DNA from: an uncultured Actinomycetes bacterium
GTDB taxonomy: Bacteria; Actinomycetota; Thermoleophilia; UBA2241
Length of the DNA: 64,000 nucleotides
Reading direction: 5' to 3'
Assembly: GCA_963845355.1 (NCBI GenBank)
Contig: CAWJRV010000038.1
Location: 13,590-77,589 of the forward strand
Positions 9,718 through 18,620 of this stretch are shown here, piece by piece (position 1 is the stretch's first letter; each line of letters begins with the position of its first letter). Below the pieces are notes generated by a model. It saw only the letters and a list, made by a program, of their open reading frames with translations, did not search any database and had not been told where the DNA came from. The translations under genes and the position numbers were made by a program.

Positions 9718-10233
9718 CTACTTGGCGTGGGTCACGAAGAGCCGGGCGGCCGACAGGGCGCGTAATGCCCGCCGTCGTGCGTGGCCGGGCGTCTCGCGCC
9801 CGGGCGACCGGTAGCTCTCGCGTAGACGGGCGAGAAGCTCGAGCTCGGCGTGCTCGCCGGCGCCCCGGAGGTCGTGATCGACCGCGCGGCCCGCCTCGGC
9901 ATCGCCCCTGGTCTTGGCTGCCTGCCTGCCGCTCATCACAGTGACCACGCCGGGAACGATCTTCTTGGCCGACTCGAGAATGGACCAGGCACTGGCCGGC
10001 GTCGTGAAATCGGTGGTGGTCACCACCACCTGCGGCCAGAAATGTTCGATGTGCGCGTCGACCGACTCCGGCTCACGGCCCAGGGCGGAGGCGTCGCAGA
10101 CCTCGGGTTGCAGCCCGACACGCCGCAGTGATGCGTCCAGGTCGCTCCAGTCGACGGCGCCCGCGTCGTGCGTGGCTGCCGATCTACCGCAGGGCGGTGT
10201 GACCAGCAGCACTCTTGTGATCTCGTGACGCAT
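9718..10233 (-). CDS. stand-alone B12-binding-like domain protein (the N-terminal type of B12-binding radical SAM enzymes, with no radical SAM core)
   Basis: VLLVTPP...WPQVVVTTTDFTTPASAWSILESAKKIVPGVVTVMSGRQAA...DHDLRGAGEHAELELLARL follows the B12-binding Rossmann pattern. The ORF ends after 171 aa. Confidence 0.5.
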   Translation of the reverse strand: MRHEITRVLLVTPPCGRSAATHDAGAVDWSDLDASLRRVGLQPEVCDASALGREPESVDAHIEHFWPQVVVTTTDFTTPASAWSILESAKKIVPGVVTVMSGRQAAKTRGDAEAGRAVDHDLRGAGEHAELELLARLRESYRSPGRETPGHARRRALRALSAARLFVTHAK

Positions 10234-10521
10234 CGACCGAGCCCCTCTTCCCCCAGAGGTTCGCCGGGTGGTCGCCGCGGCATCTGTCCTGTCGGAGACC
10301 GATCATCACGCGGCAACACGATTGTGCTCATGGGATAGGCCGCACGAAACCCGTGTCCCCGTTGGACCAAGACATCAGGGCTGAGGCGAGTGATGTCGGG
10401 CGTGGTCGAGCGTCGCGGCCGAACGTCAACGGCGTGGACGGCCACGGTGAGGGGATATATGCGCGGCCCGGTGGCGGCTGATCGGCAGCGCCGTCGCACA
10501 CTCTCGAAGAAGCAACGACAC

Positions 10522-11232
10522 ATGGAGACACCACACTCAGGCCGCTCCGCCCGCCGGCTGAAGCGTCTCGAAGAGGCGCCGAACCTGCGTGGCGCCAATC
10601 GCTACCTTCTACTGCTGGTCCTGCTGACGGTGGACATCGTCCTGCTGTTCGTCGTGCCGGCCGACGAGTGGGGCACGCTCATCGTGGCGCCCTTCGTCGC
10701 GGCGACCCTGATGATCGGTCTGCTCACCTCCGATGCCGGTCTGCGCGCGACGCGAGTGGGCCTTGCCGCCGGCCTGGGCGTCATCGTATTCGCAGTCGTG
10801 CAGGTCATCCTGAACACGACGACGCTGCAGGGCGCCGTCGAGCTGCTGCTCGCCGTGTTGCTCGTCGGCACGCCGCTGGTCATTCTGCGGCGTATCTTCA
10901 CCGAACGCGTGGTCACCATGAGGCTCCTGCTCGGGGCGCTTTCGGTGTATCTGCTCATCGGGCTGACGTTCACGTTCATCTACCTCGGCGTGGGCCATGT
11001 CACCGGCGGCTTCTTCGCCCAGACGAACGCAAGGACACCCGCCGACTTCGTCTACTTCAGCTTCATCACGATGACGACGGTCGGCTACGGTGATCTGACC
11101 CCCCTGGGCAGCCTGCCGCGCGGCCTCGTGGTGTTCGAGGCTCTGCTCGGGCAGATCTTCCTGGTGACGGCCGTGGCGCGACTGGTCTCGCTGTACAAAC
11201 CGCCGGCGCGACATCTGGGGGACGGGGAATGA
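10522..11232 (+). CDS. potassium channel family protein
   Basis: Inner ATG of ORF 10390..11232. Several TM helices and the canonical selectivity filter FSFITMTTVGYGDLTP. Confidence 0.85.
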   Translation: METPHSGRSARRLKRLEEAPNLRGANRYLLLLVLLTVDIVLLFVVPADEWGTLIVAPFVAATLMIGLLTSDAGLRATRVGLAAGLGVIVFAVVQVILNTTTLQGAVELLLAVLLVGTPLVILRRIFTERVVTMRLLLGALSVYLLIGLTFTFIYLGVGHVTGGFFAQTNARTPADFVYFSFITMTTVGYGDLTPLGSLPRGLVVFEALLGQIFLVTAVARLVSLYKPPARHLGDGE

Positions 11233-11422
11233 GCCGCCGGCAACCCGCGCCGGCGGCCGGGTGCCGCCGGCGATGGGCGGTCGTATGCGTGGCAAACGGC
11301 GACCTTGGCCGGAGACGTGGGTTATATACGTAGCACATCGTCACCCAGGGTCGCCGGAGGGCGCTCGCGACGCGGTCAACATGGGTGCGCAAACGAATTC
11401 ATCACCAAAAGAGGAGGACGCG

Positions 11423-11713
11423 ATGTTCGGAAGGAGGCTCCTGGGAGCCGCGGTGGTCGGTGGGGTCGCCTACCATGCCGGAAAGGTGCGGCAGGGGAGC
11501 CGCGACCAGGATGCAAGCCAGCAGCAGCAGATCGACCAAATGCAGCAGCAACAGCAGGTACAGCAGCAGGCGCAGCAGGCGCCGCAGGCAGATTCCGGTT
11601 CCACCGAGGACAAGATGGCGCAGCTCCAGCAGCTGAAGCAGCTGCTCGACTCCGGCGTGCTCACCCAGGCCGAGTTCGACGCCCAGAAGCAGAAGATCCT
11701 GCAGAGCATGTGA
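11423..11713 (+). CDS. SHOCT-domain protein with Gln-rich linker
   Basis: ATG preceded by AAGAGGAGG. N-terminal TM, a poly-Q stretch, and the C-terminus KMAQLQQLKQLLDSGVLTQAEFDAQKQKIL (SHOCT). Confidence 0.75.
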   Translation: MFGRRLLGAAVVGGVAYHAGKVRQGSRDQDASQQQQIDQMQQQQQVQQQAQQAPQADSGSTEDKMAQLQQLKQLLDSGVLTQAEFDAQKQKILQSM

Positions 11714-11745
11714 GCGGCTGACCGCGCGACGGAGAGGAGACCAGA

Positions 11746-12252
11746 ATGGCAATGGGTCCGGTACAGGTCCTCGTGGTGGGCTTCGGCGAGGACGCCAACT
11801 TCACGGGCAAGGGGCTCGATGAGCTCATGCGCCTCAGGGAACACGACATCGTCCGGGTGGTCGATCTTCTGCTGGTCAGAAAGAACGCCGACGGAACGAT
11901 CGAACGGGTCGAGATCACCGATAGTGACGAGCTCGCGGAGATGGGCGCGTTCGCCGGCGCGCTCATCGGCCTGGGTGCCGCCGGCGAAGAGGGCGTCGTG
12001 GAGGGCGCCATCGTCGGGGCGGAGGTCGCGGCCGAACGGGGCTCCGCGTTCGACGATCAGGAGGTCTGGTACATCGCCGAGGCGATCCCCGAGGGCATGA
12101 CCGCGGCGGTCGCGGTACTCGAGCACCGCTGGGCCATCCCCCTGCGCGAGGCGATCACCGAAGCGGGCGGCGTGGCGCTCGTCGACAGGTGGATCCATCC
12201 GCAGGACCTGCTCGCCATCGGCGAGGAGATCGGCCTGGATATCGACGCCTGA
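11746..12252 (+). CDS. DUF1269/DUF6325-like protein
   Basis: MGPVQVLVVGFGEDANFTGKGLDELMRLREHDIVRVVDLLLVRK...VAVLEHRWAIPLREAI...WIHPQDLLAIG is the conserved family pattern as I recall it. Confidence 0.7.
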   Translation: MAMGPVQVLVVGFGEDANFTGKGLDELMRLREHDIVRVVDLLLVRKNADGTIERVEITDSDELAEMGAFAGALIGLGAAGEEGVVEGAIVGAEVAAERGSAFDDQEVWYIAEAIPEGMTAAVAVLEHRWAIPLREAITEAGGVALVDRWIHPQDLLAIGEEIGLDIDA

Positions 12253-12352
12253 CGAACGTTTCGGAAAGCGCGCGGCGGCCGTGACGGGCGACCCGGCCGC
12301 CGCGCCGCTCACGCGCCGCCCGCCGCGCGACCGTCGGTGAGCCGTGTCTCGT

Positions 12353-13165
12353 TCAGCCAGTCCCGGGGTCGCCGGACGGCTCAAAGACGGCGATCAGCCC
12401 CACCGATTCTTCTGCGAACCGTGACCCGTCGTAGTCGCCGTGGAGCGTGACGAGGCTGAAGCCGGCACGAGCGAGCAGATGCTCGAGCTCGTAGCGGAAC
12501 ACGTATCGCAGGGGAAACGTCTCAGTGACGCTCCTCGTCGTGCCGTCGACCTCGACGACCTCGTAGGTCATCGTGCATTCGCTGCACTGCAGCGTGCGTT
12601 GGTAGCCGGTGACGGTCATCGAGGAGCGGATCCGGCGGCCGTCGGTCCAGTCGATCTCCTCTGCGGCCGCCTCTTGGGCGGCCTGCTCCTCGTCGCGCAG
12701 GTACGCGGGCGGCGCCGGGTCGGGATTCAAGAGGTCGAGCACGAGTCTGCCGTGCGGCTGCAGATGAGTCCGGCACCGTTCGAGACACGCGAGCTGCTGC
12801 TCGACCGTGCGCAGATGGTGAAAGCTCCCGAAGGGGCAGATGATCAGCGCGAAGCGGCGGCCGAGGTCGAACGCCGTCATGTCGCCCACGAGCAAGCGGA
12901 CTCGATCGCGAACGGCCGCCGGCTCTCCGTGCAGCTTGGCTCGGCAGTGCTCGACCATAGGGGCCGATAGGTCGATCCCGGTGATCTCGAAGCCCGCGCG
13001 TGCGAGCGGCAGCAGCACGCGGCCTGTCCCGCACCCCAGCTCGAGCACGGGGCCGCCGCTCGCCGCCGCCATCGCAAGCCAGAAAGCGGCATCGTCGCGG
13101 CCGGCAAAGACCGCGTCATAAAGGGCGGCAGCCTCGGCCGTCTCATAGGCGCTGAAATCGTCCAC
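12353..13165 (-). CDS. class I SAM-dependent methyltransferase
   Basis: Motif I is VLELGCGTGRVLLPLARAGFEITGIDLS. 270 aa. Confidence 0.85.
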   Translation of the reverse strand: MDDFSAYETAEAAALYDAVFAGRDDAAFWLAMAAASGGPVLELGCGTGRVLLPLARAGFEITGIDLSAPMVEHCRAKLHGEPAAVRDRVRLLVGDMTAFDLGRRFALIICPFGSFHHLRTVEQQLACLERCRTHLQPHGRLVLDLLNPDPAPPAYLRDEEQAAQEAAAEEIDWTDGRRIRSSMTVTGYQRTLQCSECTMTYEVVEVDGTTRSVTETFPLRYVFRYELEHLLARAGFSLVTLHGDYDGSRFAEESVGLIAVFEPSGDPGTG

Positions 13166-13309
13166 CGTGTGCCTCGGTTCGCGGGCGGCCTTGGAGAACC
13201 GCGCCCGATCGTACCATCGGCCAACGCCGGGTCGGTTTGGCGCCGAAGGCTACGCCCTTGCTACTATGTCAACGTACAGCTATCCGCGAGCCGGTCACTC
13301 GACGAAGGG

Positions 13310-14254
13310 ATGCACGTGGGCCTGTCTGACTACCCGATCGACGTCAGGTTCGACTACCCGCCGCGCAGCTCACGCGGCTGGGCCGCGCTCACAATCATCT
13401 TCGTGAAGTTCCTGGCTCTGCTGCCGCACGGGTTCATCCTGTTCTTTCTCGACATCGCCCAGCTCGCCGTGGCCTTTGTCGCGCAGCTCGTGGTGGCCGT
13501 GACCGGGGAGTACCCGCCGCGCATGTTCGCCTTCGTGGCAGGAGTCCTGCGCTGGAATACGCGGGTGTCGGCCTTCCTCTTCTCGCTCACCGACCACTAT
13601 CCGCCGTTCACGCTCGACTCCGCGGACTACCCGGTCGACCTCGCCATCGAGCGACCCGCGCGCAGCAATCGCCTCTATGCGCTCTTCACCGCCCTCGTCG
13701 AGGTCGTCTTTGTCATCGCCGCCATCGGGCTCTTCATCCACTTCATCGGCGACGCCGCCAGGAGCGCTTCGGTCACGGCGGTCGGCGGAGGCGTCGGGAC
13801 CCAGGCGCCATCCTCGCCTCCCTTTGACTTCAATTGGCCGTCGTCCGGGTGGACCGGCCTGCTGCTTCGCCAGATCGCCGCCCTGCCGCACTTCATCGTC
13901 CTCACGATCCTGGGCATCGTCTTGTTGATCATCTGGGCCCTGGTGCAGTGGGTGATCCTGTTTCGGGCGGTCTACCCGCGCAGCATGTTCGACCTCTCCG
14001 CGGGGATCGTGCGGTGGCAGACGCGCGTGAACGGCTATGCGCTCGGATTGAGCGATCGCTACCCCCCGTTCACGTTCGAGCCGTCACTGACGGCGGCGGG
14101 TCTCCCGGTGGGTCCCGCGGGACTCGCCCCTGCCGAGTGGTATCCGGACCCTTCCGGTCGCCACGCATACCGGTTCTGGGATGGCGCGGGCTGGACGCCG
14201 CACGTGGCCGACGGCGGACAGATCGCCTTCGACCCTCCTGAACATACGAGCTGA
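13310..14254 (+). CDS. membrane protein with two DUF4389-like modules and a C-terminal DUF2510 motif
   Basis: Inner ATG of ORF 13169..14254. Duplicated pattern ...LPHGFILFFL...YPPRMF...VLRWNTRVSAFLFSLTDHYPPF and ...LPHFIVLTIL...YPRSMF...IVRWQTRVNGYALGLSDRYPPF. The C-terminus is WYPDPSGRHAYRFWDGAGWT. Confidence 0.75.
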   Translation: MHVGLSDYPIDVRFDYPPRSSRGWAALTIIFVKFLALLPHGFILFFLDIAQLAVAFVAQLVVAVTGEYPPRMFAFVAGVLRWNTRVSAFLFSLTDHYPPFTLDSADYPVDLAIERPARSNRLYALFTALVEVVFVIAAIGLFIHFIGDAARSASVTAVGGGVGTQAPSSPPFDFNWPSSGWTGLLLRQIAALPHFIVLTILGIVLLIIWALVQWVILFRAVYPRSMFDLSAGIVRWQTRVNGYALGLSDRYPPFTFEPSLTAAGLPVGPAGLAPAEWYPDPSGRHAYRFWDGAGWTPHVADGGQIAFDPPEHTS

Positions 14255-14784
14255 AAACGCCGTCAGCCGGCGCCTTCGGCAATCCGCTCCTGGTGTGCTC
14301 GCCGGTCTGCTGACGGTCGGAGACGCGGCCCGTCCGGCCGCCATGCGCTTCGTCCTCGGGCCATCGCGTTCGTGTTCATCACGGTCCAGCATTCCCGCCT
14401 GGCCCGGGCTCGTGGGGCCGGCACTCAAGGGCAGGCGCCGACTCCTGCTCGGCAACAGCAGGCTCACAGCGGAGGCCGGCAGCGGCGCGGAGGCCGCAAA
14501 CGATGAATTCACGCAAACGTGGGGCTTCGGCGCGCTGACACGGTGACACGAGAGAGAACGGTCATGCGCAGCGCCGGGCAACACTAGCGGCCGACGCTCG
14601 CCGGGGCGAACGTTCGCCTCGGCGGAGGGCGCGACAGGCCTACAATCGTTGCTCCCGGGAACCATCATGGGCAGCGCAGGTGGTCGAGCTCGCGCCTTGC
14701 CTCCGCTCCTGCTGCCGCGTCGTCGCATCGTGTGGCCCAAAGCACAGCGACCCTTTTGGCAAGGAGAGAAAGAGGAGTTGTCTC

Positions 14785-15195
14785 GTGTCTTCAGCGGTTC
14801 TGCGCCTCAGGGTGCCTGCCGACACCTCCACCCTGGCCGGCCATATCGAACGCGTGCGTGCGTTCCTTGCCGAACACGACGTCGCCCACGGCCTGTGCCA
14901 CGACATCACCCTGTGCGTCCATGAGTGCTGCGCCAACGCCATCCTCCACAGCGGCAGCCGCGCCGACATCGAGGTACGTCTCGGCGTCGACGAGAAGAGC
15001 GTCACGATAGTGGTGGCCGACAATGGACGCGGCCTCGACCTAAGGGGCTGCGACCCATTCGGCAGGCCGGAGCTCCTGAGCAGCTGCGGCCGGGGCCTCT
15101 ATCTCATGACCCACCTCATGGACGAGTTCGAGATGGACTCAGACCACGGCACCCAGATACGCATGACGAAGCGGTTGCCTACGCGCATCGCCTAG
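14785..15195 (+). CDS. anti-sigma factor serine kinase (RsbW/SpoIIAB-like HATPase)
   Basis: GTG after AAGAGGAG. ...LCVHECCANAILHSG...VVADNGRGLD...GRGLYLMTHLMDEF are the N-box and G-boxes of HATPase_c_2 type regulators. Confidence 0.75.
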   Translation: MSSAVLRLRVPADTSTLAGHIERVRAFLAEHDVAHGLCHDITLCVHECCANAILHSGSRADIEVRLGVDEKSVTIVVADNGRGLDLRGCDPFGRPELLSSCGRGLYLMTHLMDEFEMDSDHGTQIRMTKRLPTRIA

Positions 15196-15317
15196 CTTGA
15201 GCGAGCGGGCTGCGACCGCCGCCTGCCGGGAGCGCCGGGCGGCGACCGCGGGGGTGTCGCTTGCCCCTGCGGCGACGTATGCGGACCTACGGGCGCCCCG
15301 AGCCGCCCAGCGGCGAT

Positions 15318-15773
15318 CTACGCCGCCCGGCGCTCACGGTCGGTCTCGGACTCGACGGACTCGACGCCCTGCAACCGCGTCGCCTCGGCGACACGACCGC
15401 CGTAGACGGCCAGGCCGTAGATGACCAGGACGTCGACGCCGATGATGACCAGGCTCCACAGCGGGTAGGCCTGAGCGAACATCAGTTGGCCGATCGCGCT
15501 CAGGCTGGCGATGGCGATGCCAAACCAGCGCGCCCACTGGCGCCCGGTGAAGACACCAAAGCCGGCCAGCGTCTGGACGATGCCCAGCACCAGGACGATC
15601 CAGCCCCAGGTGCGCAGGCTGCTGAAGACGAAGTGGGCGTTGGCGGTGAAGAAGCTCGCGTTGGCCAACGCCACGATGCCGTCGATGATGCTGAACACGC
15701 CGGCGATGATCAGGACGTAGCCGGCGAAGGCCAGCCACCCGAAACCACGTCGCAACTCGGTATCCATTGACAC
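15318..15773 (-). CDS. integral membrane protein (about 4 TM)
   Basis: 151 aa: GFGWLAFAGYVLIIAGVFSIIDGIVALANASFF...WGWIVLVLGIVQTLAGFGVF... Confidence 0.7.
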   Translation of the reverse strand: MSMDTELRRGFGWLAFAGYVLIIAGVFSIIDGIVALANASFFTANAHFVFSSLRTWGWIVLVLGIVQTLAGFGVFTGRQWARWFGIAIASLSAIGQLMFAQAYPLWSLVIIGVDVLVIYGLAVYGGRVAEATRLQGVESVESETDRERRAA

Positions 15774-15909
15774 TCCTTGTTGCGTTGATTTTCGTTATTG
15801 CCGCCACGCCGACCAGGCGCGCGCGCCTTGGCCACCGCGTACGGCAGGTCAACTCAGGTGGTTCCCATTGTCGCGCCGGGTAGTCCGTTGGGCGTCGCTC
15901 GGGCGACTC

Positions 15910-16131
15910 CTACTTCTTGCCGGACGCCATCCAGGCCCCGATGAAGCACAGGACACCGACGATGAGCGCCGCCACGCCGTGCTTCACGTGCTTGTGGGCA
16001 GAGCCCGCCAGATGACCCGGGAAGAAGCCGGGTAGCGACCCGGCAGGGGTCACCCAGTAGTAGATGGCGACCGCGATGAGCGCGACCCCGATGATCACGA
16101 GAACGACCGTGAGGACCCTCCACTTGCTCAT
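15910..16131 (-). CDS. small membrane protein (73 aa)
   Basis: Inner ATG with GAGGAAGGGAG upstream. MSKWRVLTVVLVIIGVALIAVAIYYWV...AALIVGVLCFIGAWMASGKK gives two TM. Confidence 0.6.
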   Translation of the reverse strand: MSKWRVLTVVLVIIGVALIAVAIYYWVTPAGSLPGFFPGHLAGSAHKHVKHGVAALIVGVLCFIGAWMASGKK

Positions 16132-16615
16132 GCCCGGCTCCCTTCCTCGGCTCGGTTCCTCCACGAGAGATTCGTCTCGCACGACGGGATCACCTTTGAG
16201 GCGTCACCCTTGAGCGGCGCTGCCATCATCGCGTCCACCTGTTTCGCCCAACTGTTTCTGCTGCGAAGGAAGTGGAAAGTCGAGCTCGGGCTGCACAAGA
16301 GTGATCGTTCGTCGACGTCCGACCATACCGCGGCGGGCGACATCCTCTGCGTCTCGCCACGTGCGATGATCATGAGCAAGGTCGCCTGAGCGCAAGGCGA
16401 CACCGGCGTGGTGGAGCGGCGGGGCGGCTCTCGAGTCGCCTCGCCTTCTGCTTACTGCCTGCGCGCCGTCGGGCGCGACAGACGGTGGTGGTCGCCAGTG
16501 AAGTCGGCAGGCCGGTCTGCCGATAGGCAGAAGCAGCGCGACCACATTTCACCCGGAGGGATGTCCAGATGAGTGAGGCGCATTCGCATCTGTTTCGTAA
16601 CGCGAGTGAGGCGCT

Positions 16616-17446
16616 GTGTTCATCCTCGTCGTAGCTCTCGTCGGCGGTCTGCTCGCCGGTGCCCTGCTTGGCGGTTCGCTGGCCAACCTCGAGCGCCTGT
16701 CGCTGCGGCTGGCGTGGTTCGTCGTGCTCGCATTGGCCCTGCAGATCGTGGCCTTCTCGCCCGTCGGACACCAGCTGCCGAGCACCGTCGACGTTACCCT
16801 GCACATCGCCTCGTATGTTCTGCTGCTGAGTTGTGTGGCGGCCAACATCCGCCGCCCGCCGGTAGTCTGCTTCGGCGTGGGTGTGGTCAGCAACGCGGTC
16901 ACCATCTTCGTGAACGGCGGCTACATGCCCGCGAGCCGCGCCGCCCTGCGGCTGGCCGGCTTTGCCGTCTCGGCCCAGCCCCACAACAACTCGGTGCTCG
17001 CCGGAGCAGGCACGCATCTGGCGTTCCTCGGCGACGTCTTCGCTCTGCCCCACGGCGTGCCGCTGGCCAACATCTTCAGTGTCGGCGATATCCTGATCGC
17101 GGTCGGACTGGCGTGGATGATCGCCGATGGGATGAGGCAGCCGGCAGGTGATTCCGGCAGCCAGGTCGGGGCGCAGACGCCCTCGGTCGAGCCACAGATG
17201 CCCGCTGCCGAGCGACAGCTGCCCGCTGCCGAGCCGCACACGCCCGCTGCCGAGCCGTCACCCCTCGTCCTCAGATGCACGCGCTGCGGAGCCACCTTTG
17301 CGGACTGCTGGCGGCTGCGCGCGCATCTCCTCGAGCATGGCGGCTCTGCGCAGTGGCAGCCGTCGATCGACCGCAAGCCGCGCGTGGTACCGGTCCCCCC
17401 GGAGCTATCGGCCCGGCCTCACGCACGAGACCGCCGCAGCGCCTGA
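16616..17446 (+). CDS. DUF5317-type polytopic membrane protein fused to a C-terminal C2H2 zinc finger
   Basis: The N-terminal 170 aa are hydrophobic, with FVNGGYMPAS and FSVGDILIAVGLA motifs. Then a PAAE-repeat linker, then LRCTRCGATFADCWRLRAHLLEH at 17276-17338. Confidence 0.75.
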   Translation: MFILVVALVGGLLAGALLGGSLANLERLSLRLAWFVVLALALQIVAFSPVGHQLPSTVDVTLHIASYVLLLSCVAANIRRPPVVCFGVGVVSNAVTIFVNGGYMPASRAALRLAGFAVSAQPHNNSVLAGAGTHLAFLGDVFALPHGVPLANIFSVGDILIAVGLAWMIADGMRQPAGDSGSQVGAQTPSVEPQMPAAERQLPAAEPHTPAAEPSPLVLRCTRCGATFADCWRLRAHLLEHGGSAQWQPSIDRKPRVVPVPPELSARPHARDRRSA

Positions 17447-17635
17447 CAGACCATGACCCCGTCTTCTGTGCCGAGCACTGGCGCCCGTGCTACCGCGCGT
17501 CACCATGGGCGGCGGTATGCTGAGGGGAGCGATGGGAGCGACGGGTCTTCGTGCGACGCTTGTCGACGGAGTCGCTGTGGGAACAATCAGACCGACGTAC
17601 CGGGCGCTGCAAACAGGCAAAGGAGGGAGTCGACG

Positions 17636-18427
17636 GTGCCACGACTTCTGCCAGGGCTCTCAGCCGAAGAGGAGGTCTCTCTCGCCAAGCGGATCGAGGC
17701 GCGTGACATGGCGGCCAAGTGCATGGTGGTCGAGGCCAATCTGCACCTGGTCGAGCCGGTGGCCAAGCGCTACGTCGGTCGCGGAGTCCCCTTGGCCGAG
17801 CTGATCCAGGACGGCAGCCTCGGCCTTATCCGCGCGGTCGAGACCTACGACTACCGCACGGGTACCGGATTCTCGACCTTCGCCCGACGCTCCATTCGCC
17901 TGGCCATCACGCACGCCATCGCCGAGCAGGCCAGCACCATCCGTGTCCCCAGACAGGTGATCGACGCGCTCGACGCCCTGCAGCGCGTCCGGCGTGCCGT
18001 GACGCTCAGACTTGATCGCGGGCCCGCCGGCGAACGCGGCGCCTCCACGAAGGCGACCTCGCGGAAGGCGCGTGAGATGCCCGGGAGCAGTGAAGGTCCC
18101 CGACCGGCGGAGGCGGCGCTCGACGACAAGGCGAAGAGGCGCCTCGACGACCTGATCGAAGACCAGCAGGCCGTCGACCTGCTCGAGGCGGTCGGCGAGA
18201 GCCTGCAGGCGGAGGAGCTGCGCGAGGTGCTGAACGCCCTCACGCCTCGCGAGCGCAGAGTGATCGAGCAGCGTTTCGGCCTGAAGAGCGAGCGCCTGCG
18301 TACCCTCGATGAGATCGGCAAGAGCCTCGGTCTCACCCGCGAACGCATCCGCCAGGTCGAGGCCAAGGCGCTCGTGGCCCTGCGAAGTTGCCGCGACTCG
18401 CGGCGCTTGCGCGAGTTTCTGATCTAG
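17636..18427 (+). CDS. sigma-70 family RNA polymerase sigma factor
   Basis: GTG after AGGAGGGAG inside ORF 17453..18427. Region 2 is LVEPVAKRYVGRGVPLAELIQDGSLGLIRAVETYDYRTGTGFSTFA. Region 4 is LTPRERRVIEQRFGL...TLDEIGKSLGLTRERIRQVEAKAL. Confidence 0.85.
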   Translation: MPRLLPGLSAEEEVSLAKRIEARDMAAKCMVVEANLHLVEPVAKRYVGRGVPLAELIQDGSLGLIRAVETYDYRTGTGFSTFARRSIRLAITHAIAEQASTIRVPRQVIDALDALQRVRRAVTLRLDRGPAGERGASTKATSRKAREMPGSSEGPRPAEAALDDKAKRRLDDLIEDQQAVDLLEAVGESLQAEELREVLNALTPRERRVIEQRFGLKSERLRTLDEIGKSLGLTRERIRQVEAKALVALRSCRDSRRLREFLI

Positions 18428-18620
18428 GGGGGCGTTGCCCCGGTCGAGGTCATTGCCCGGCGGCGGACCTCAGCCTTCGGGACCGCGAGCCCGGATAGTG
18501 CGTCCCCAGAGGTCGAAGGAGCTCACGAGGCGCATGCCCATCCTCTCGTACAGCGATACCTCCGCGTCCCGTGTGATCGGGGTGCACGAAGCGAATGGCC
18601 GCTGCCCAGCGGTCAGCCCG

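Noticed and set aside
11500-11600. A CAG-rich stretch that looks like a microsatellite.
   Set aside because: It lies inside the SHOCT protein gene, is imperfect, and is read in frame as a Gln-rich linker. This is coding low complexity rather than a noncoding repeat.
18450-18620. Minus-strand pieces resembling a GNAT acetyltransferase (IRFVHPDHTGRG in one frame, SLYERMGMRLVSSFDLW in another).
   Set aside because: The two motifs overlap almost the same nucleotides in different frames, and the total is under 60 codons. At best this is a heavily deleted relic, too weak to annotate.
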